A stretch of DNA of 32,000 nucleotides from Polynucleobacter necessarius (lineage in GTDB: Bacteria > Pseudomonadota > Gammaproteobacteria > Burkholderiales > Burkholderiaceae): the NCBI RefSeq assembly GCF_900095195.1, contig NZ_LT606950.1, forward strand, positions 817,207 to 849,206, in the 5' to 3' direction. Positions 26,782 to 32,000 of the stretch are shown here, piece after piece. Below the pieces are notes generated by a model. That model did no database searches. It saw only the letters and a program-made list of their open reading frames with translations, and was not told the origin of the DNA. The translations under genes were made by a program, and so were the position numbers. Numbering within the stretch: the first letter of the stretch is position 1; every line of letters starts with the position of its first letter.

Positions 26782-28146
26782 ATGCCGATAAATGCACCAA
26801 ACCCCGCGCAAAGCGCTGATGAATCTACCTCCAACTTCTCTTTCGTGGGGTGGTTGCGCGACGTTGCGCCTTATATCCATAGCTTTCGTGAAAAGACCTT
26901 TGTGATTGCCCTTGCGGGCGAACTCGTTCAAGAAATCGGCCTTGAGAACCTCATCGAAGATATTGCGATGTTGCATGCCATGGGTATGCAGATCGTTTTA
27001 GTGCATGGCATTCGCCCACAAATTGAAGAGCAGCTCAAACTCAGAAAGATCAAGAGCAAGTTTGGCAAAAGTGCAATGCACAGCTATCGGATTACCGATG
27101 CTGCTGCACTCGAGTGCGTCAAAGAGGCTGCTGGTGAATTGCGTTTAGACATTGAAGCGGCGTTTAGTCGTGGTTTACCCAACACCCCCATGGCCGGCTC
27201 TCGCATCTCTGTCATCTCCGGAAACTTTATTACAGCGATGCCAGTTGGTGTTGTTGAAGGTGTTGACTACATTCACACAGGCTTAGTACGTAAAGTCGAC
27301 TCCACCTCAATTACTTTATCGCTGGATAGCAATAAGATTGTGCTGCTCTCTCCTTTAGGCTTCTCGCCTACCGGTCAAGCATTTAACTTAGCTTATGAAG
27401 ATGTTGCTGCCTCGACTGCTGCCGCCCTGAAGGCCGATAAGTTGATTTTCTTAAGCCCGTATGAAGGCTTGCGGGATGGGGAGGGTGACCTCATCACGGA
27501 ACTTTCTTTGCCACAACTCCAAGAGCACATGGTGGAGAATAAAGGTATTAATCCAGGCACTAAAGGCTTACTCAATATTGCCGGCAGAGCAATTCGTGCA
27601 GGCGTCAGCCGCGTTCACTTCCTGCCTTGCAATCAAGATGGCGCGCTATTAGAAGAGCTCTTCACCCATGATGGTATTGGCATGATGCTAGCCTCCTCCG
27701 ATATTGAAAACTTGCGGGAAGCTAATCAAGATGATGTGGGCGGCATCTTGCAATTAATCATGCCATTGGAAGAAGAAGGTATTTTGGCTGCCCGGGGTCA
27801 AGATGTGATCGAGCGTGATATTCATCGCTTTTCCGTCATTGAGCATGACCGCGTTTTATTCGGCTGTGCCGCTCTCTTTCCGTTTCCCAATGGCGTCGGT
27901 GAATTAGCCTGCCTGGCGGTTGATCCAGATGTTCAGGGCTCGGGTGACGGCGAGCGCCTACTCAAGCGTATTGAGATGCGCGCCAAACAAGAAGGTATTG
28001 AAAAATTATTTGTACTCACCACTAGAACAGAACACTGGTTTCTCAAGCGTGGCTTTAAACGCGCGACGGTTGAAGATTTGCCCGAAGAGCGGAAGCAAAT
28101 CTATAACTGGGATCGGAAGTCCATGGTGTTAACAAAAGATTTGTAA
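26782..28146 (+). CDS. argA: amino-acid N-acetyltransferase (N-acetylglutamate synthase)
   Basis: The homologous start MPINAP...FVGWLRDVAPYIHSFREKTFVIALAGE is at ATG 26782; the ORF track starts at TTG 26719. It has an AAK-like N-domain and a GNAT C-domain (VDPDVQGSGDGERLL). Confidence 0.92.
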   Translation: MPINAPNPAQSADESTSNFSFVGWLRDVAPYIHSFREKTFVIALAGELVQEIGLENLIEDIAMLHAMGMQIVLVHGIRPQIEEQLKLRKIKSKFGKSAMHSYRITDAAALECVKEAAGELRLDIEAAFSRGLPNTPMAGSRISVISGNFITAMPVGVVEGVDYIHTGLVRKVDSTSITLSLDSNKIVLLSPLGFSPTGQAFNLAYEDVAASTAAALKADKLIFLSPYEGLRDGEGDLITELSLPQLQEHMVENKGINPGTKGLLNIAGRAIRAGVSRVHFLPCNQDGALLEELFTHDGIGMMLASSDIENLREANQDDVGGILQLIMPLEEEGILAARGQDVIERDIHRFSVIEHDRVLFGCAALFPFPNGVGELACLAVDPDVQGSGDGERLLKRIEMRAKQEGIEKLFVLTTRTEHWFLKRGFKRATVEDLPEERKQIYNWDRKSMVLTKDL

Positions 28147-28189
28147 GTAGATTACGGAACGAATCGGCATTAAAAGAAAGGTATTACAG

Positions 28190-28462
28190 ATGGCGCGGAT
28201 GGTTCAATGCATCAAACTAAATAAAGAAGCTGAGGGCTTGGACTTCGCTCCACTTCCCGGCGAGCTTGGTAAAAAGATTTGGAATCAAGTTTCTAAAGAG
28301 GCTTGGGCGGGATGGTTAAAACAACAAACCATGCTGATCAATGAAAACCGCCTAAACATGGCCGATCCCCGTGCACGTCAATACCTTTTAAAACAGGTAG
28401 AAAAGCACTTTTTCGAAGGCGCCGCAGACACCGCCCAAGGTTACGTTCCCCCAGCAGAATAA
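28190..28462 (+). CDS. yggX: Fe(2+)-trafficking / oxidative-damage protection protein YggX
   Basis: 90 aa. [58 protein letters not shown] is the characteristic YggX sequence. Confidence 0.9.
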   Translation: MARMVQCIKLNKEAEGLDFAPLPGELGKKIWNQVSKEAWAGWLKQQTMLINENRLNMADPRARQYLLKQVEKHFFEGAADTAQGYVPPAE

Positions 28463-28498
28463 TCCCCCGCTGACTGCAAATCAATCGATTCTGGGGTA

Positions 28499-28526
28499 TT
28501 GACATCCCAAAACTGAGGCATAGGAT
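28499..28526 (+). promoter_or_regulatory. candidate sigma70 promoter
   Basis: Perfect -35 TTGACA (28499-28504), a 16-nt spacer, and -10 TAGGAT (28521-28526). It lies in the spacer 37 nt after the yggX stop. Confidence 0.4.
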
Positions 28527-28532
28527 ATAGAC

Positions 28533-28689
28533 GTGGTGAGGCAGAAATCGTGCTCCACCGCACTGGCGAAAGCCATTACGACATAAGCACATCTCTGTGC
28601 TTATAGGCTAAGGAACGATAACTCTTCCGAGCGCCTGCGCCATGCATATCATGGCAAACAACCCGATGGGCATACCCCGTCGGGTTTTT
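28533..28689 (+). ncRNA. candidate structured small RNA (about 155 nt), family unknown
   Basis: The region runs from the candidate promoter to a strong intrinsic terminator. Internal hairpins: UGGC-GAAA-GCCA (28564-28575, GNRA tetraloop); a perfect 9-bp stem ataagcaca/tgtgcttat (28583-28604); a 6-bp stem gccatg/catggc (28639-28655). There is no convincing ORF. Confidence 0.4.
28660..28689 (+). terminator. intrinsic terminator
   Basis: aacccgatggg pairs with cccgtcgggtt (11 bp including one G-U) around loop catac. The T-run continues through 28689. Confidence 0.75.
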
Positions 28690-28713
28690 GATTGCTTGCT
28701 ATTTGATCTTTAC

Positions 28714-29424
28714 TTAATAAGTCAGTCGGCTGACGCCAGTGGCATTACTTACCAATAAAACATTGGCCTTCTCTTTTGCAAAGAGGCCAACGGTAATGAC
28801 GCCAGCAATTTGATTGATTTGTGACTCTAATTGAAGGGGATTGGCTATTTGCAATCCCGCGACATCCAATATCCATCCTCCATTATCGGTAACGAACGGC
28901 TCGCTAGCGGTTTGGCCCAGATCCGCACGCGTACTTTTCGCGAGGCGTAAGTTGACCGTTCCACCCAACTTCTCGAGCTCACGGCTCACAACGCCTTTTG
29001 CAAGCGGAATACTTTCCACGGGAAGCGCAAAGTTACCGAGCACAGGTACTTGCTTAGACGAATCGCAGATACAGATAAATTGCTTTGCCATGGAGGCGAT
29101 GATTTTTTCGCGCGTCAACGCCCCACCACCGCCCTTAATCATATGACCCAAAGAATCAATTTCATCCGCACCATCAACATAGGCTGGCAGACTCACTACA
29201 TCATTGGGGTCAAGCACCTTGAAGCCATGCATCAGCAAACGCTCGGTGGTGGCATTCGAACTGGATACGGTGCCAGCAAAATGATCCTTGTGCGGAGCCA
29301 ATGCATCAATAAAGCAATTCGCGGTAGAACCCGTTCCAACGCCCAAGATTTGACCTGCGGGTAGCTTTAGTACTTCATCTCTTGCGGCTTCGCCCACCAT
29401 TTGCTTGAGTTGATCCTGATTCAT
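28714..29424 (-). CDS. rpiA: ribose-5-phosphate isomerase A
   Basis: 236 aa with motifs [15 protein letters not shown] and [12 protein letters not shown]. Confidence 0.93.
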   Translation of the reverse strand: MNQDQLKQMVGEAARDEVLKLPAGQILGVGTGSTANCFIDALAPHKDHFAGTVSSSNATTERLLMHGFKVLDPNDVVSLPAYVDGADEIDSLGHMIKGGGGALTREKIIASMAKQFICICDSSKQVPVLGNFALPVESIPLAKGVVSRELEKLGGTVNLRLAKSTRADLGQTASEPFVTDNGGWILDVAGLQIANPLQLESQINQIAGVITVGLFAKEKANVLLVSNATGVSRLTY

Positions 29425-29453
29425 ATTTACGCCGAATGCCTTTACTAGAGGGG

Positions 29454-29490
29454 ATTCATGAATACGTCTATCATATGATATTCATGAATA
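29454..29490. promoter_or_regulatory. cluster of three perfect palindromes in the rpiA-tal divergent spacer
   Basis: ATTCATGAAT (29454-29463), TATCATATGATA (29469-29480) and TATTCATGAATA (29479-29490). The first and third share the 10-mer ATTCATGAAT. Confidence 0.35.
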
Positions 29491-29517
29491 TGACACTGCA
29501 GATTGCCAAGTAGCCCT

Positions 29518-30486
29518 ATGAATGCCGCCCTTAGCCAACTCGAACAACTGAAAAAACTCACTACCGTTGTAGCGGATACAGGAGACTTTGAGCGGATGCG
29601 GGCCTTTGCGCCTCAGGATGCCACTACCAATCCTTCTCTTATTCTCAAAGCCGCCCAACAACCCAATTACCAATCCTTAGTAGATTCGGTAAAGGCGGCG
29701 CATCCAGGATTAAGCGCTACCGAGCTGGTTGATTACATACTGGTTGCGTTTGGCCTAGAAATTTTGAAGATTGTGCCAGGCCGCGTTTCTACTGAAGTTG
29801 ATGCTCGTCTTTCCTTCGATACCAGCGGAACCATTGCTAAAGCAAAACACATCATTTCTCTTTATGAATCCCATGGCATTGATCGTCAACGTATCTTGAT
29901 TAAGTTGGCCGGAACCTGGGAAGGGATTCAGGCGGCAAAACAGTTAGAGGCTGAAGGCATTCATTGCAATATGACGCTGCTCTTTTCCTTAGTACAGACG
30001 GCCGCTTGTGGAGCGGCAAATGCAAAATTGATTTCGCCGTTTGTTGGCCGAATTACCGATTGGTACAAAAATAAATTGGGTAGCAATTGGAGTGATGCTA
30101 ACCATGGTGGTGCAAATGATCCTGGCGTTAGTTCAGTGAAACGCATTTTTCATTACTACAAGCACTTTGGCATCCCCACCGAAATTATGGGTGCGAGTTT
30201 TCGCAATACCAGCCAGATCCTAGAGCTTGCGGGCTGTGACCTCTTAACTATTAGCCCAGAGATCTTGGCTGAATTAAGCACTAACAGCAACGCTGTCAGC
30301 AAAAAGTTGGATCCCGCCAATGCAGCGAAGGCATTGAACGATGAAAAGATCACCCCTCTCAAGCTCGACGAATCGAGTTTTCGCTTACAACTGAACAATG
30401 ATGCGATGGCCACCGAAAAACTGGCTGAGGGTATTCGAAATTTCTGCATTGATACCGAAAAACTCGAGACCTTACTGACCAAGTAA
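29518..30486 (+). CDS. tal: transaldolase
   Basis: The homologous start [24 protein letters not shown] is at ATG 29518; the ORF track starts at TTG 29503. TNPSLIL and the Schiff-base lysine context [11 protein letters not shown] are present. Confidence 0.93.
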   Translation: MNAALSQLEQLKKLTTVVADTGDFERMRAFAPQDATTNPSLILKAAQQPNYQSLVDSVKAAHPGLSATELVDYILVAFGLEILKIVPGRVSTEVDARLSFDTSGTIAKAKHIISLYESHGIDRQRILIKLAGTWEGIQAAKQLEAEGIHCNMTLLFSLVQTAACGAANAKLISPFVGRITDWYKNKLGSNWSDANHGGANDPGVSSVKRIFHYYKHFGIPTEIMGASFRNTSQILELAGCDLLTISPEILAELSTNSNAVSKKLDPANAAKALNDEKITPLKLDESSFRLQLNNDAMATEKLAEGIRNFCIDTEKLETLLTK

Positions 30487-30490
30487 AACA

Positions 30491-30515
30491 AAAACCACCC
30501 GCAGGTGGTTTTTTT
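30491..30515 (+). terminator. intrinsic terminator after tal
   Basis: aaaaccacc pairs with ggtggtttt around loop cgca, followed by a T-run to 30515. Confidence 0.85.
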
Positions 30516-30535
30516 AATTCCCCAAGATCTAAATT

Positions 30536-31818
30536 CTAGTTTTTGGGACAGGCGTTATCCAATGGTTTACCAGCAATACGGTCTTTTACCCAAGATACAT
30601 AAAACGGCTTCGATGATCCAGGTGTAGTGAAGAGCGATTGCTCGCCAGGCTATTGCATTCTGCCAATATTGCCACCCAATTTACAGGCTTGATCTTGATA
30701 CAACCTATGCATCGTGGGAGGCACGGCCGTATCCTTCGTGCCGAAATAGATTTGCACTGGGGCCATCGGCTTGACCAAAGGCACTCCGCCCTTGACTATC
30801 GCTTCAGCTTACGCCAATGTGTTGCTTGGATTTTGTTTTAACAAGCTTGCGAACGTCGATCCATAGTTAAAGTTAAATGTATCGCTGGCAGTATGCATGC
30901 ATTTATTACTATAAATCTCATTGGCGACCTTAACTCCATCATCAGTAAAGACGTCGGATAGTTTGAGATTTGAAAAAGCCGCTTGAGTGCCCCAATAAAA
31001 CATGGTTGCATGGGTAAAATTGAAGACACTGTCTGTGAACATTTTTTGCATTTCTTGGATATATTTATCGGCAGTAGCCTGATCCATTTTCCCTGCAGGA
31101 GCATATATCGTGATATCTTGCGGCGCCAAAGCGACAAATCCTAGAACGTCAAGATTATCAGCCGCAGTACCTGTTTTCTTGATGTAGTCAGGCATACCGG
31201 CCAAAGCAATTGCTGCTCCACCGCCTTGTGACTAACAATACACCAAGGTCTTCTTGTTGGCTCCAGTTTCTTTCATGGAAGCTGCAGCACTGGCAGCATT
31301 CATAGTACCCATACCATTCGTGGTGGATACACTGTATTGATGACGACCGCCACCGCCGAGACCTTAATAATCCGTTGCAGCAATGACGTACCCTTCTTTC
31401 AGAAATTCTTCTATCGCCGGAATTCCGTAATCCGTCCAGGAGTTACCACCCACCAAGAGGTACTCGTTTAGCGGCACCGCAGGATCAAGAATTTGGGATG
31501 GTCCACAGTTTTGGGCAGAGCCTGTTGTGCCGTGCGCCCAAGTTAAAATGGACGACTACCTGCCGGCGCAACTACCAAGCCTGTTGAAATGGTTTTGCGA
31601 CCTGAAATATCTGAAGAGATATAGGCAATTCTCCTTGCCTGTGTGCCTTTTAGTAATGTAGCAATCTTCTCTTGTTTAATCACTTGCCTTAATTTGCCAT
31701 CCGGAGTCATTTTCATGACTGCAGCATAGAAAGGTGGCACAGGCGGATCGGCATGAACTGCCGATACATTCAACCCAAGAACTAAACCAAGCGCGAAAGT
31801 GAAAAATATCTTTTTCAT
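30536..31818 (-). pseudogene. secreted lipase-family alpha/beta hydrolase (LIP-like), disrupted
   Basis: Signal peptide MKKIFFTFALGLVLGLNVSAVHA. A frameshift sits in the 4-nt homopolymer 31545-31548. The rest is a single frame reading ILTWAHGTTGSAQNCGPSQ..AATDY*GLGGGG..VYC*SQGGGAA... with internal stops TAA 31364-31366, TAG 31232-31234 (the codon directly before the nucleophile Ser of the xSQGG elbow), TAA 30809-30811 and TAG 30650-30652. It ends at TAG 30536-30538. Confidence 0.75.
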
Positions 31819-31862
31819 GTTTACCTCTAAGAAATTTCAATAGTTATTTAAAAAAATATTTT

Positions 31863-32000
31863 TTATTTATTGGATGTACTAATGCCTAACACGCTATAAG
31901 CTGGGCAATTACCAAGCATTCCCATGATCAACGGAACAATACCAATCCAAGCCCATGGGCCCGTAATACCAAAACCCGCTAAGCCCATTAGGGTAACGCC
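31863..32000 (-). CDS. DUF2892/YgaP-like small membrane protein, 3' part (runs off window)
   Basis: The minus strand reads GVTLMGLAGFGITGPWAWIGIVPLIMGMLGNCPAYSVLGISTSNK*, with the GxCPxYxxLG(I)xT C-terminal signature. It is absent from the ORF track because the start lies outside the window. Confidence 0.55.
   Translation of the reverse strand, partial: GVTLMGLAGFGITGPWAWIGIVPLIMGMLGNCPAYSVLGISTSNK

Noticed and set aside
28338-28592. 84-aa minus-strand ORF spanning the yggX 3' end and the sRNA candidate.
   Set aside because: It is antisense to yggX for half its length, has odd composition (Cys/Arg-rich), and has no RBS or homology signal.
30638-30841. 67-aa plus-strand ORF.
   Set aside because: It is antisense to the lipase pseudogene 3' region.
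1-32000. Alternative genetic code (TGA as a sense codon) as an explanation for the in-frame stops.
   Set aside because: TAG and TAA occur in frame as well. The TGAs in hrpA align with Arg, not Trp. Intact genes such as pyrD and ntrC terminate at TGA.
1-32000. Mobile elements, CRISPR arrays, tRNA/rRNA genes, toxin-antitoxin or defence cassettes.
   Set aside because: I found no transposase or integrase-like ORF, no regularly spaced repeat array, no tRNA-like or rRNA-like sequence, and no unexplained multigene block. Every ORF above about 200 aa is assigned to ordinary chromosomal functions.

Overview
The window looks like Burkholderiales (Betaproteobacteria) core chromosome, mid-40s % GC by eye (not computed). 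Its dominant signal is gene decay rather than a new multigene system. I found no tRNA/rRNA genes, IS elements, integrases, CRISPR arrays or defence-type cassettes.

Intact genes: pyrD, an S11 D-Ala-D-Ala endopeptidase, the aceE-aceF-lpdA pyruvate dehydrogenase operon (LpdA has an N-terminal lipoyl domain), folD, prlC, xthA, glnA-ntrB-ntrC, an EI24-like membrane protein, argA, yggX, rpiA, tal, and a DUF2892-like 3' fragment.

Nine of about 26 genes (roughly 10 kb of 32 kb) are pseudogenes: an IclR regulator, an EamA/DMT transporter, a phasin, a PAS histidine kinase and its FixJ/LuxR-type response regulator, a GST-like gene, a CinA-like molybdopterin-binding gene, hrpA and a secreted lipase.

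The lesions can be read directly from the sequence:
- short-homopolymer frameshifts;
- ten internal in-frame nonsense codons;
- a 158-bp intragenic inversion whose in-silico reversal restores the GST-like frame;
- a perfect 125-bp tandem duplication bounded by an 11-bp microhomology;
- loss of the 3' half of hrpA.

ntrC keeps an intact ORF but has non-canonical residues at two near-invariant AAA+/sigma54 motifs. A promoter-to-terminator structured RNA candidate lies between yggX and rpiA. The pattern resembles an early-stage host-restricted symbiont, possibly a Polynucleobacter necessarius-like genome. That attribution is inference only.
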